From Spirochaetia bacterium (GTDB lineage Bacteria; Spirochaetota; Spirochaetia; SZUA-6; Bin103): DNA of 64,000 bases. The notes beneath the pieces were generated by a model. The model ran no database searches. It was given only the letters and a program-made list of their open reading frames with translations, and was not told the DNA's origin. Below are positions 28,728 to 38,839 of this stretch, in pieces. The DNA is taken from positions 384,001-448,000 of the forward strand of contig CBDBOV010000001.1 in NCBI GenBank assembly GCA_965208575.1, in the 5' to 3' direction. Position 1 is the stretch's first letter. Every line of letters begins with the position of its first letter. A program made the translations under genes and the position numbers.

Positions 28728-28846
28728 ATTTATGAGTCTCCCCCCTCGCGCTCCCCCCTCGTTCTCCGCCTCCCTTTCGGTTAGATTCTTACGTGAGGCA
28801 CGCTCACCGTAAGGTTAGATTTTTACGTGAGGCAATAGGCAATTCA

Positions 28847-28881
28847 CAACCGGGTCAACCGGGTCAACCGGGCCACCGGGC
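28847..28881. repeat. short 9-bp tandem repeat (caaccgggt)
   Basis: caaccgggt x2, caaccgggc, caccgggc. Confidence 0.7.
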
Positions 28882-28923
28882 CAGCCCAGGCATAGCGCAA
28901 TCAGGAAGTGTTCGCGTGGTAAG

Positions 28924-30654
28924 GTGGCGGTGATGGTACGGGGGCGCGCCGGATGGCGAGGCCGGGCAGGGAGGGCGGCACTGGTGTGCCTGGCCATCAC
29001 GGTCGCGGCGGCGGGGGCGGAGGTGCGGCTGGCTACCTGCGACGTGGATGCGCGCCTGTGTCCGGAGGCGACCGGGCTCGTCCACGCGCACGCGCCGGCG
29101 GAGGGCACCCACGACGACTTCTCCGGCGGCGTGTCGGTGGGCGACTTCAACCGCGACGGCTGGCAGGACCTGTTCGTGGTGACCGGCGGCGCAGGGCCCG
29201 ACCGCCTCTACCTGAACCGGGGCGACGGCACCTTCCGGGAGGCCGCGGAGCGGGCGGGCATCGCGACCGTGCACCGCGGTCACGGCTCGGTGGTGGGCGA
29301 CGTCGACGGGGACGGCTGGCTGGACATCTTCGTGACCAGTTTCGGGCCGACCGCCGGCGCGCCTGCGATGGCGGGCCACCACCTGCTGTGGCTCAACCTG
29401 GGCAGCCGGCGCGGCGGGGTGCTGGCCGACGGCACGCCGCTGTTCCGCAACATCGCGCTGCCGGCGCTGGCCGCGACCACCTCTCCCGAGCAGCCCTCCG
29501 GCATGGGGGCGGCGTTCGGCGACTACGACCGCGACGGCGACCTGGACCTGGCGGTCGTTGCCTGGCTGCGCGATGCCTCAGGCAGCGTGCTGCTGAACAA
29601 CCAGGGCATCGACGAGTGGACCGGCCTGCCGCGCTTCCTGAACGCCACGCGGCGGGCACGCCTGTTCGACACCGACATGCACGGCTTCACCCCGCACATC
29701 GTCGACGTCGACGGCGACCGCTGGCCGGAAATCCTGGTGGCGGCCGACTTCGGCACCAGCCGCCTGTACCGCAACAACCGCGACGGTACCTTTACCGACG
29801 TAACGGACCAGGCGCACGTGGGGCTGGACACCAACGGCATGGGCAGCGTGCTCGCCGACGTGGACAACGACGGCCTGCTCGACTGGTACGTCACCTCGAT
29901 CTGGACCACCTCGCCGTTCGAGAACCCGCCCAACAACGGCAACTACCTGTACCGCAACCTGGGCGGGCTCGCCTTCGACCCGGGTCCCGAGACGCCCCGC
30001 CCGCTGGCCCGCGGCGGCTGGGGCTGGGGCACGGCCGCGGCCGACCTGGACCACGACGGCCTGGTGGAGTTGATTGCAACCAACGGCTCCGAGGACCGCA
30101 ACACCGACGAACGCCGGGAATGGCTGGAAGACGCCACCCGCGTGTTCCACAACCGCGGCGCCGACGGCTTCCGGGACGTGGCGCCGGAGGCCGGCCTCGA
30201 CCACCGCGGCCAGGGGCGCGGGCTGGTGCGCTTCGACTACGACAACGACGGCGACCAGGACATCCTGATCGTCAACAGCCGCGGCGTGCCCACCCTGGTC
30301 CGCAACGACGGCGGCACGGCATCCGGCAACTGGCTGTGGGTGGAGCTGCGTCCGGCGCGCGGCCTGCCGGTGCCGCCGGACGGCGTCGGCGCCGTGGTGC
30401 GCGTGCAAGCCGGCGGCGCCACGCAGACCCGCCACATCGAGACCGGCGGCGGCTACCTCGGCTCCTCGGAGCTGAGCGCCCACTTCGGGCTCGGCGGCGC
30501 GACGGAAATCGACGAGGTGCGCGTCGAGTGGTCGGACGGCTGTGATACCTCGCTCTACGGGGTGGCGGTCAACCGCCGACTGCGGCTCGAACGGCCGTTC
30601 GGCTGCATGATGGAAGCCGCGGTCCTGGACGCCGCCGTCCTCCCGGCGCGGTAG
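28924..30654 (+). CDS. CRTAC1-family protein (FG-GAP/VCBS repeats plus ASPIC/UnbV C-terminal domain), secreted
   Basis: Repeated GDFNRDGWQDL, GDVDGDGWLDI and DYDNDGDQDI motifs; GNWLWVEL, AHFGLG...VEWSDG. Confidence 0.9.
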   Translation: MAVMVRGRAGWRGRAGRAALVCLAITVAAAGAEVRLATCDVDARLCPEATGLVHAHAPAEGTHDDFSGGVSVGDFNRDGWQDLFVVTGGAGPDRLYLNRGDGTFREAAERAGIATVHRGHGSVVGDVDGDGWLDIFVTSFGPTAGAPAMAGHHLLWLNLGSRRGGVLADGTPLFRNIALPALAATTSPEQPSGMGAAFGDYDRDGDLDLAVVAWLRDASGSVLLNNQGIDEWTGLPRFLNATRRARLFDTDMHGFTPHIVDVDGDRWPEILVAADFGTSRLYRNNRDGTFTDVTDQAHVGLDTNGMGSVLADVDNDGLLDWYVTSIWTTSPFENPPNNGNYLYRNLGGLAFDPGPETPRPLARGGWGWGTAAADLDHDGLVELIATNGSEDRNTDERREWLEDATRVFHNRGADGFRDVAPEAGLDHRGQGRGLVRFDYDNDGDQDILIVNSRGVPTLVRNDGGTASGNWLWVELRPARGLPVPPDGVGAVVRVQAGGATQTRHIETGGGYLGSSELSAHFGLGGATEIDEVRVEWSDGCDTSLYGVAVNRRLRLERPFGCMMEAAVLDAAVLPAR

Positions 30655-30861
30655 GGCGCTCGCGGGGGAGGCCGCACCCGCGGCCGGTGGCGTAACTTCT
30701 TCCCCATCAAGTGCGGCGCCGCATCCCGGCCGGCTGTGTTGCGCGTCGCTCACCTGCACCCGATGGGCTCGTTTGCCGCGGCTTGCAGCCGGATGCCGCG
30801 GCGCTCTCGGTGCGGCGCCCCACTCCGACACCGGATGTCGTCTCCGAACGGCTCGTTCCGG

Positions 30862-30890
30862 TTGACAGGGCCGCGGCGTTCGGCTATCAA
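30862..30890 (+). promoter_or_regulatory. sigma70-type promoter
   Basis: TTGACA-17 bp-TATCAA(TAAT) upstream of the ATG at 30926. Confidence 0.5.
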
Positions 30891-30925
30891 TAATCGGCCC
30901 TTCGGAAGGGCCTTCCCGTGACCGT

Positions 30926-31915
30926 ATGCGAGCCTACCTGATCAGACGACTGTTGCTGGTGATTCCGTCGGTGTTCCTCATCAGCGCCATCATCTTCCTG
31001 CTGATGCGCTTGGTGCCGGGCGACATCGTCGACGGGATCATGGCGCGCATGGAGGAGTCGGGCGAGGTGTCCGAGATCGACGAGACCATCCTGTCGCGCC
31101 AGTTCGGCCTCGATGCACCGCTGATCGTGCAGTACGGCCGCTTCCTGGGCGTGGTGAAGCAGAAGGACGGCGTGTTCGCCGGCCTGGCGCAGGGCCACCT
31201 GGGCATTTCCTGGTTCACGCGCGAGCCGGTCACCGAGAGAGTGCTCGCCAAGCTGCCGGTGACCGTCGAGCTGGGCTTCTTCAGCCTGATCATCTCGCAG
31301 CTCATCGCCATACCGATAGGGGTGATCTCGGCGCTGCGCCAGGACACGGCGGCCGACTACCTGGGGCGCAGCTTCGCCATCCTGTTCATCTCGATCCCGA
31401 GCTTCTGGCTGGGCACCGTGGTGATCCTGTTCGCTTCGATCTGGTGGGGCTACCTGCCGCCGATCCGGTGGACTTCCTTTGCCGACGACCCGATCAAGAA
31501 CCTGGGCAACATCATGGTCCCGGCGGTGATCAATGGGCTGCTGATGGCGGGCGGCACCATGCGCATGATGCGCACCATGATGCTGGAGGTGCTGCGCCAG
31601 GACTACGTGCGCACGGCGTGGTCGAAGGGCCTCCGCGAGCGGATCGTGGTGTACCGCCACGCCCTGCGGAACGCCCTGATTCCGGTGGTCACCATGGTCG
31701 GGCTGCAGATACCGATCCTGATCGGCGGCACGGTGATCATCGAGCAACTGTTCACCCTGCCGGGCATGGGGCAGATGATCATCGACGCGCTGCGGCAGCG
31801 CGACTACCCGACGGTCAACGGCGTCATGGTGATTACCTCGTTCACCATCGTCGTGGTCAACCTGCTGGTCGACATCACCTACGGGATCATCGATCCGAAG
31901 GTCAAGTACACGTAG
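30926..31915 (+). CDS. ABC transporter permease (OppB/DppB-like)
   Basis: YLIRRLL, VPGD, QDYVRTAWSKGL, HALRNALIP, DPKVKY. Confidence 0.93.
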   Translation: MRAYLIRRLLLVIPSVFLISAIIFLLMRLVPGDIVDGIMARMEESGEVSEIDETILSRQFGLDAPLIVQYGRFLGVVKQKDGVFAGLAQGHLGISWFTREPVTERVLAKLPVTVELGFFSLIISQLIAIPIGVISALRQDTAADYLGRSFAILFISIPSFWLGTVVILFASIWWGYLPPIRWTSFADDPIKNLGNIMVPAVINGLLMAGGTMRMMRTMMLEVLRQDYVRTAWSKGLRERIVVYRHALRNALIPVVTMVGLQIPILIGGTVIIEQLFTLPGMGQMIIDALRQRDYPTVNGVMVITSFTIVVVNLLVDITYGIIDPKVKYT

Positions 31916-31917
31916 CC

Positions 31918-32961
31918 ATGGCAGACCGCGGCATCGCCGGCGCAGATGCGCCCACCCAGACGAAGCAGCCTTCGAAGTTCGCCACGTTCTTCAAGCGGCT
32001 GGTGACCGAGCATCCGCTCGGCACGGTCGGCGCCATCATTACCCTGGTGCTGCTGGTGACCGGCATCTTCGCCGACTACATCGCTCCTTTCGGCATGAAC
32101 GAGACCGCCATGCAGTACCGCCTGGCCCTGCCCAACGAGCGCTACCTGCTCGGCGCCGACGAGCTCGGCCGCGACCTGTTGACCCGCATCATCTACGGCG
32201 CGCGGATCTCGCTGATCGTGGGCCTCGGCGCCACCATCCTGTCCACCGCCATCTCGCTGCTGATCGGCATGGTGTCCGGATACCTGGGCGGACCGGTCGA
32301 CACCCTGACCCAGCGCTTCGTCGACGCCTGGATGAGCATTCCCTCGCTCATCATCCTGATGGTGATGGTGACCATCATCACGCCGGGCATCTTCTCCATC
32401 ATCGTGGTGCTGGGCATCACGACGGGAATAGAGGGATCGCGCATCATCCGCAGCGCGGTGATCGCCGTCAAGGAAGACGCGTACGTGTCCGCGGCAGCCG
32501 CGGTCGGCGGCCGCACCTCGACCATTCTGCTGCGCCACATCCTGCCCAACATCCTGGCGCCGACCATCGTCCTGTTCAGCCTGCGCGTGCCGGGCGCGAT
32601 CCTGTCGGAGGCGGGCCTCAGCTTCCTGGGCTTCGGCATCCCGCCGCCATACCCGAGCTGGGGCGGGATGCTGTCCGGCGACACCCGCTGGCACATGTAC
32701 GCCGCTCCGCACCTGGTCATCTGGCCGGGCGTGGCCCTGGCGGTCGTGGTGTACGGCACCAACATGTTCGGCGACGCACTGCGCGACATACTCGATCCGC
32801 GCCTGCGCGGCGGTGCCGGCCGGTTCGGCGGCGGCAAGGTCAGGAAGGGCATGCGTCAGCGGGTCGCGCAATCCAACGGCGGTACGGCCGGGGGCAGCCT
32901 GAACGGCGGGGAGGCGCAGGCGCCATCCACGGCAGGCACTTCCGCCCGCGAACAGCACTGA
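31918..32961 (+). CDS. ABC transporter permease (OppC/DppC-like)
   Basis: LGADELGRDLLTR, HILPN, LSFLGFG, GDALRDILDP. Confidence 0.93.
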   Translation: MADRGIAGADAPTQTKQPSKFATFFKRLVTEHPLGTVGAIITLVLLVTGIFADYIAPFGMNETAMQYRLALPNERYLLGADELGRDLLTRIIYGARISLIVGLGATILSTAISLLIGMVSGYLGGPVDTLTQRFVDAWMSIPSLIILMVMVTIITPGIFSIIVVLGITTGIEGSRIIRSAVIAVKEDAYVSAAAAVGGRTSTILLRHILPNILAPTIVLFSLRVPGAILSEAGLSFLGFGIPPPYPSWGGMLSGDTRWHMYAAPHLVIWPGVALAVVVYGTNMFGDALRDILDPRLRGGAGRFGGGKVRKGMRQRVAQSNGGTAGGSLNGGEAQAPSTAGTSAREQH

Positions 32962-33047
32962 GCCCCATAACAGTTGATCATTGGACCGATTATGCGCAGA
33001 TTATGAGGCGCAACCAATTCGCACACAAAAGCTTTATAGGAGGAAAC

Positions 33048-34772
33048 ATGAGAAAGCTTTTTGTATTCGCTCTCGTCGCCATGCTGGCGGCGGCGGGCCT
33101 CGGATTCGCCGGTGGCGAGGAAGAGACGTCGGCCGCGGCCGCGATGTCGGACGGTGGTCCGATCTACGGCGGGACGTTTACCCTGGCGCCGCGCTGGGGC
33201 AACAAGCCGGGTTCGCCCGATCCCGCGGACGGCAACCTGGGCCGCACCTGGTACCACGAGCTGATTCAGGAGACGCCGATGATCGGCGACTTCGACACGT
33301 ACGGCCCGCGCGGCAGCGGCGACTTCGACTTCAAGCTGATCGGCGCCATCCCGATGAAGTACATCAAGGGCAACCTGATCGACAGTTGGGAAGTGGACCA
33401 GTCCAAGATCACCTGGACGGTCAAGAGTGGCATCTACTGGGCACCGACCGAGGCGCAGAGCGCCTGGATGGACGCCCGCGAGTTCACCGCCGAGGATCTG
33501 GCCGCCGACCTGCGCCACTGGGCAACCGGCCCCGAGGGCGCGCGCCTGCTGGCCAACAAGGACGCCAACATCTACGCCGAAGGCGACAGCGTGATCATCG
33601 AGTTCGCGGCGTTCGACTTCATCCTGAACGCCACGCTCGGCCTGAGCCGCGCCGGATTCGTCGGACCGCCGGAGATGCTCGAAGACGGGCGCATCGCGCG
33701 CTGGGAGGACCAGGTCGGTACCGGCCCGTTCATGTTCGCCGAGTACGTGCCCGACCAGTTCTTCCGCATGGTCAAGAACCCCAACTACCGGGGCACCACC
33801 ATGGTCGACGGCGAAGAGTACCAGCTTCCGTTCCTGGATGAGTTCATCATCCCGCTCGCCAACGACGAGTCGTTCGAGGAAGCGGCGCTGCGCACCGGCA
33901 TTGCCGACGGCGGCCCCTCGGTCTACGGCACCCACTGGGAGACGCTGGACCGCACCGCTCCCGACCTGATTCAGGACCGCCTGCCGATCTCGTTCGGCGG
34001 CACGTTCGCGTTCAACACCGAGAAGCCCCCGTTCGACAACCGCGACGTGCGCCGCGCCCTGCTGGTGGGCACCAACCTGGACGACTTCGCGGCGCAGCGC
34101 GGCGCCAAGGGCGTGGACCTGCCGGAGCACTGGTGGCCGATCTACCCGAGCCTGGCGTCCTACACCCCGCAGAGCGAGTTGCCGCCGGAGGCCGCGATGC
34201 TGTACGAGTACGACCCGGAGAAGGCGAAGCAGATGCTCGCCGACGCCGGCTACCCGGACGGATTCACGGTCAACTTCTACACCGGCAACTGGGCGACGAT
34301 CCTGCAGCAGGCATCGATCATGAAGGACCAGTGGGCCAAGATGGGGGTGGATTTCAACATCGTGGTCAACGACGCCGCGATCCACCGGCAGGCCGTCCAG
34401 GATGGCGAGTACGACATGACCCGCATGGGCTACGGCTCCGGCAACCCGGTGCGCGACATGCCCAACAACTGGGCGTCGTGGGGCAGCCGCAACGACTACC
34501 ACTTCAACGATCCGAAGTTCGACGAGCTCGCCCGCGCCATGCAGGCGGAGATGGACGAGGACAAGCGCGACGAGATCATCAAGGAAGCCGCGGTCTACAT
34601 CCTCAACGAGGTGCCCGCCATTCCGTTGGCCGTGAAGGCGATCTCGCAGGCGTGGTGGCCGTGGGTCAAGAACTACTACGGTGAGTTCCGCTGGATCAAC
34701 GACGACACCTACGTGATGCCGTGGGGCTGGGCCTGGATCGATCCCGCCATCAAGCAGGAGATGGGCTACTAA
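33048..34772 (+). CDS. ABC transporter substrate-binding protein, family 5
   Basis: RBS AGGAGG; signal peptide MRKLFVFALVAMLAAAGLGFAGGEEE; GTGPF, KPPFDNRDVRRAL, AKQMLADAGYPDGF. Confidence 0.93.
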   Translation: MRKLFVFALVAMLAAAGLGFAGGEEETSAAAAMSDGGPIYGGTFTLAPRWGNKPGSPDPADGNLGRTWYHELIQETPMIGDFDTYGPRGSGDFDFKLIGAIPMKYIKGNLIDSWEVDQSKITWTVKSGIYWAPTEAQSAWMDAREFTAEDLAADLRHWATGPEGARLLANKDANIYAEGDSVIIEFAAFDFILNATLGLSRAGFVGPPEMLEDGRIARWEDQVGTGPFMFAEYVPDQFFRMVKNPNYRGTTMVDGEEYQLPFLDEFIIPLANDESFEEAALRTGIADGGPSVYGTHWETLDRTAPDLIQDRLPISFGGTFAFNTEKPPFDNRDVRRALLVGTNLDDFAAQRGAKGVDLPEHWWPIYPSLASYTPQSELPPEAAMLYEYDPEKAKQMLADAGYPDGFTVNFYTGNWATILQQASIMKDQWAKMGVDFNIVVNDAAIHRQAVQDGEYDMTRMGYGSGNPVRDMPNNWASWGSRNDYHFNDPKFDELARAMQAEMDEDKRDEIIKEAAVYILNEVPAIPLAVKAISQAWWPWVKNYYGEFRWINDDTYVMPWGWAWIDPAIKQEMGY

Positions 34773-34820
34773 GCCGCATCCATCCGACGTTTTAGCGGAT
34801 CAGCCGATCCGCGAATTGTG

Positions 34821-34863
34821 GAGGCCGGGCTTCTCTCACCTGAGAGGCCCGGCCTTCTTCTTT
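34821..34863 (+). terminator. rho-independent terminator
   Basis: aggccgggc..tctc / gaga..gcccggcct stem followed by tcttcttt. Confidence 0.8.
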
Positions 34864-34887
34864 GTGGGCTCAGTGGGGCTCAGCTAC

Positions 34888-35586
34888 TCACGGTACGCAG
34901 GCCATGACCTGCCACGGGTCCGCGCTGGAGAGGGTGGCGGTGACCTGCACGCTGCCGTTGCGGTTGGCAAAGGCGACCGCCTCGAACACCGGCTTCAACA
35001 GTTCGATCACGTCGGCGCAGTCGCACGTCCCGCACTTCTCGGGCAGCGGAATCGGAATCTCCTCGCGCACCCGCAGCCCGAACGTCCGCTCCACCGCATC
35101 GGGAAAGTCGACGATGTCGTCGAGCGCGGCGGCCACCACGACCCGGTCGACCGGCGCGCGCGGGACCGTGACGCTCCAGTGTACCTCTCGTGTCTCCTGC
35201 AGGAGCCGTGCGTCGCCCAGGGAGGAGCACGCCCAGTGTTCGTAGCGAACGCGGGAGGCGAGCCGCAGCGCGACGCCGGCATCGAGCACGGCCGTGTCGC
35301 CGACCCAGTAGATGCGCTGCGAGCAGCGGCTGCGGAAGTAGCCCTTGCCGGCGAGATAGCGGTCCAGTTCCGCGGCGAAGTCGGCGAAGACTGCCTTCAC
35401 CGCCACGTTCACGCGCGCCGCGTTGCCGGGGTCGCTCCACATGTCGATGCTCTCGATGGTTCCGACCTGGCGCCCTTCCAGCGTGATGGCGCTGCCGTGA
35501 ATGGCGCCCGCCATCGCGAACGGTGACGCGGCGAACAGCAGGCAGCCTGCCGCCGCCAGTCGCCTGGCCCGATCGAGCCCTCTCAG
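34888..35586 (-). CDS. hypothetical secreted protein (possible CTG start; ORF track starts at 35514)
   Basis: Open frame upstream encodes the signal-like RARRLAAAGCLLFAASPFAMA; CTG overlaps the TGA of the upstream gene; GAGGA lies 7 nt upstream. Confidence 0.55.
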   Translation of the reverse strand: MRGLDRARRLAAAGCLLFAASPFAMAGAIHGSAITLEGRQVGTIESIDMWSDPGNAARVNVAVKAVFADFAAELDRYLAGKGYFRSRCSQRIYWVGDTAVLDAGVALRLASRVRYEHWACSSLGDARLLQETREVHWSVTVPRAPVDRVVVAAALDDIVDFPDAVERTFGLRVREEIPIPLPEKCGTCDCADVIELLKPVFEAVAFANRNGSVQVTATLSSADPWQVMACVP

Positions 35587-36683
35587 CGCGTGTCCTCGGG
35601 GTTATCGTCGTGACGCGCCATGCGCTGCAGTTGCCACTTTACCCACAGGTCGGTTTCGCTGTCGTAGCCGTTGCTGAAGCCGTGGAACTCCACCTTGTGG
35701 TACTGGTACTCCTCGTTGAACCAGTTGGTGAGGGCGGTGGACTTGGCCGCCTCGCGCGCCTCCGGTTCGATCTCCCGCGCCGCGGCGCGCTCGCCGACCA
35801 TCGCCACGGCATAGGCGTTGGCGCCGAGCGCGAGCAGACGGCTCGGCTGGCCGACCGGCAGATCGAACACGGCGGCGAGCTCCGGCCGCATCGCGTCGCG
35901 GGGCAGCCAGCCCAGGTCGCCGCCCCTGGCGCGCAGCTTTTCGTCGGCGTTCGCGTCGCTGCGCGCCAACTCGTAGAAGTCGGCGCCGGCTTCAAGTTGT
36001 TCCAGGACCTCGGTGGATGCCTCCGGGGAGGCGAACACGATTATGTACAGGCGCACCTGCTCCACCACCGTCGGCATCCGTTCGCCGAGGTAGTCGGTCA
36101 GGCGGAGGGAGATCAGGTTGCGGCGCATCAGTTCGCGGAACTCGCCGTCGTTCAACTCCGAGTCGTTGAGCGCCTGCCGATACCACTCCTTCACCTCTTC
36201 GTCGGTGATCGAGTCGGCGGCGCCGCGGGCCGCGGTCTCGCGCATGTAGTTCTCGACGTCCTGGTCGGTAACTTCGATGCTGTAGGGAGGCTTTACCGCC
36301 GTCTGCGTGATGATCAGTTCCCGCGTCAGGAGCTGCAGCACTTCCAGCGGTTCGCGCCCCAACATGCGCGCCCGCTTCAGGAAGTAACGCATCTCGACCG
36401 ACTCGTCGTCGACGATCAGCACCTTGGTCTGCAGCGGCTTCACCCGGTCGCGATAGATGGCAACGCCGGCAACGCCGCCCACGATCACGGCCACCACCAC
36501 GACCAGTACCACCACCTGCGTCAGACCCAACGTCAGGGTCGCCGGCTGCGCGCTGTTCTGTTTGCCGCGCGGTCCCGCGCGCCGCGCCCCGCTCTTCGAT
36601 CCGCTTCGCGCTGCGCTCCGCGATACGCTTCGCGAAACGCTTTGCGTCGGGGTCTTCGCGGAGCCCTTCCTGCTGTCGTTCAC
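35583..36683 (-). CDS. membrane-anchored SurA/PrsA-like peptidylprolyl isomerase (parvulin)
   Basis: Single TM helix, SurA-like helical region, AGADFYELARS..RGGDLGW..PELAAVF.LPVGQPS. Confidence 0.85.
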   Translation of the reverse strand: MNDSRKGSAKTPTQSVSRSVSRSAARSGSKSGARRAGPRGKQNSAQPATLTLGLTQVVVLVVVVAVIVGGVAGVAIYRDRVKPLQTKVLIVDDESVEMRYFLKRARMLGREPLEVLQLLTRELIITQTAVKPPYSIEVTDQDVENYMRETAARGAADSITDEEVKEWYRQALNDSELNDGEFRELMRRNLISLRLTDYLGERMPTVVEQVRLYIIVFASPEASTEVLEQLEAGADFYELARSDANADEKLRARGGDLGWLPRDAMRPELAAVFDLPVGQPSRLLALGANAYAVAMVGERAAAREIEPEAREAAKSTALTNWFNEEYQYHKVEFHGFSNGYDSETDLWVKWQLQRMARHDDNPEDTR

Positions 36684-36702
36684 GTTGTCCGGTCTGATGC
36701 GC

Positions 36703-37710
36703 TCAGGATGCCTCGACGAGGTGGCAAGCGGTCCAGTGGTTGGGACCGGTCGACTTCAACTCGGGCACCTGGCTCTTGCAGATCTCTTCGGCGTGCGGGC
36801 AACGGGTATGGAACGGACAGCCGCTCGGCGGGTTCATCGGACTCGGGACATCCCCCTTCAGGATGATCCGCTCGCGGGTGCGGTCGATCACCGGGTCGGG
36901 AATCGGCACCGCGGACAGCAGCGAGATGGTGTACGGATGCTGTGGCTCGTCGTACAGCCGGTCGCTGCTGGTGATCTCCATGATCTTGCCGAGGTACATC
37001 ACCGCCACCCGATCGCTGATGTTGCGCACCACCGCCAGGTCGTGGGCGATGAACAGGTAGGTGAGGTTGAACTCCTCGCGCAACCGCATCAGCAGGGTGA
37101 TGATCTGCGCCTGGATCGACACGTCGAGCGCCGACACCGGCTCGTCGCACACGATGAACGCCGGGCGCACCGCCAGCGCGCGGGCGATCCCCAGGCGCTG
37201 CCGCTGGCCGCCGCTGAACTCGTGCGGATAGCGGCCGGAGACGGTAGGCGACAGCTCCACCATGCTGAGCAGTTCGGAGACCTGCTGCCGATACTTCTTG
37301 CCGCGCGCGATGTCGTGCACCTTCAGCGGTTCGCCGACGATGTCGCCGGCGGTCATGCGCGGATCGAGGGAGGCGAACGGATCCTGGAAGATGAGCTGCA
37401 TGTGGCGCCGCATGCGGCGCAGCGACTCGCCCTTCATCTGCGTCAGGTCCTGGCCCTGAAACACCACCTCGCCGGCGGTGATCTCCTGCAGTTGCAGGAT
37501 GCAGCGGCCGGTGGTGGTCTTGCCGCAGCCGCTCTCGCCCACCAGCCCCAGGGTCTCGCCCGGTTCGATGGAAAAGCTGATCCCGTCCACCGCCTTGACG
37601 TCGCCCACCTTGCGGCGCAGCACGCCGGCGGTAACCGGGTAATACTTGACCAGGTCGTGTACTTCCAGCAGGTGTTCAGTGCCGTTGCTGCCGTTGCTGC
37701 CGTTACTCAT
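36703..37710 (-). CDS. oligopeptide/dipeptide ABC ATPase (OppF-like)
   Basis: [37 protein letters not shown]; N-terminal (SNG)3 arises from a 9-bp repeat. Confidence 0.95.
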   Translation of the reverse strand: MSNGSNGSNGTEHLLEVHDLVKYYPVTAGVLRRKVGDVKAVDGISFSIEPGETLGLVGESGCGKTTTGRCILQLQEITAGEVVFQGQDLTQMKGESLRRMRRHMQLIFQDPFASLDPRMTAGDIVGEPLKVHDIARGKKYRQQVSELLSMVELSPTVSGRYPHEFSGGQRQRLGIARALAVRPAFIVCDEPVSALDVSIQAQIITLLMRLREEFNLTYLFIAHDLAVVRNISDRVAVMYLGKIMEITSSDRLYDEPQHPYTISLLSAVPIPDPVIDRTRERIILKGDVPSPMNPPSGCPFHTRCPHAEEICKSQVPELKSTGPNHWTACHLVEAS

Positions 37711-38735
37711 ACTGTTACCTTCTCCAGCTTGCTTGGATCATAGAAACAACTCCGCAAATGGCCTTCGGTTACCGCCTCCAACTGCGGCGCCTCCTGGTGG
37801 CACTGGTCCATGGCATAGGAGCAGCGCGGCGAGAAGGAGCAGCCTTCCGGCAGGTGCGCCAGGTTGGGCGGCAGCCCCTCGATGGCGCGCGGCGCCACCT
37901 TGCGCGGGCTGTCGAGCCGCGGCACCGACGCCATCAGGCCGATGGTGTAGGGATGCTTGGGTTCGGCGAAAATGATGTCGGTGGTGCTCGATTCCACCAT
38001 CTTTCCGGCGTACATCACGTTCACGCGGTCTACGTAGCGCGCCACCAGCCCCAGGTTGTGGGTGATGATGATGCCGGCCATGTCGAGCTGCTCGCGCAGG
38101 TCGGCGATGATCTCCAGGAGCTGCGCCTGCACCGTCACGTCCAGCGACGTGGTGGGCTCGTCCGCGATCAGCAGCTCGGGACTGCAGCTCAGCGCCATGG
38201 CGATCATTACGCGCTGCTGCATGCCGCCCGAGAACTGGAACGGGTAGTCCTTGATGCGCCGCTCCGGGTCGGGAATGCCGACCAGTTCCAGCAGCTTGAC
38301 GCTCTCGGCGAGCGCGGTGGCCTTGTCGGCGTTGCGGTGCAGCTCGATCGATTCCGAGATCTGCCGCCCGACGGTCAGCACCGGGTTGAGCGACGTGGTG
38401 GGTTCCTGGAACACCATGGCGATGCGATTGCCGCGAATGTCGCGCATCCGCGCCTCGTCGACCTTCAGCAGGTCTTCACCCTGGAACAGGATCTGACCGC
38501 CGACGATCAGGCCGGGCGGATGCGGGATGAGGCGCAGCACCGACATGGCGCTGACACTCTTGCCGCAGCCGCTTTCCCCTACCAGACCGACAAATTCGCC
38601 CTTCCGCACCCGGTAGGAGAGGCCGTCAACCGCCTTGACGACGCCCTCGTCGGTGTAGAAGTAGGTCTGGAGCCCGTTTACCTCAAGAACCGTCTCGCGT
38701 TCGGCGTGACTATCCGTGGTTTCCGATGCACTCAA
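37707..38735 (-). CDS. oligopeptide/dipeptide ABC ATPase (OppD-like)
   Basis: [36 protein letters not shown]; TTG start chosen after GAGG. Confidence 0.95.
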   Translation of the reverse strand: MSASETTDSHAERETVLEVNGLQTYFYTDEGVVKAVDGLSYRVRKGEFVGLVGESGCGKSVSAMSVLRLIPHPPGLIVGGQILFQGEDLLKVDEARMRDIRGNRIAMVFQEPTTSLNPVLTVGRQISESIELHRNADKATALAESVKLLELVGIPDPERRIKDYPFQFSGGMQQRVMIAMALSCSPELLIADEPTTSLDVTVQAQLLEIIADLREQLDMAGIIITHNLGLVARYVDRVNVMYAGKMVESSTTDIIFAEPKHPYTIGLMASVPRLDSPRKVAPRAIEGLPPNLAHLPEGCSFSPRCSYAMDQCHQEAPQLEAVTEGHLRSCFYDPSKLEKVTV

Positions 38736-38839
38736 AGCTGTACCTCTTCGCCACATTGGTGGCGCACCGCACTATAAGAACAGAGTTTGCCCACTAAGTC
38801 AACCTCGCGTCCGACTCGCCGATTCGCCGGCATGCTACG

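Larger units (their letters stand above)
25045..28839 (+). mobile_element. composite insertion sequence (rve/DDE transposase, ISNCY/IS481-like) with internal cargo
   Basis: Imperfect ~65-bp terminal inverted repeats, each with two TG(C/A)CTCA..AATCTAACC units; flanking 5-bp direct repeat CAATT (25040-25044, 28840-28844). Confidence 0.8.

Noticed and set aside
28188-28784. ORFs 28188..28637 (-) and 28476..28784 (+) as IS passenger genes
   Set aside because: Arg/Pro-rich with no motifs, and the frame is not shared between the two repeat copies.
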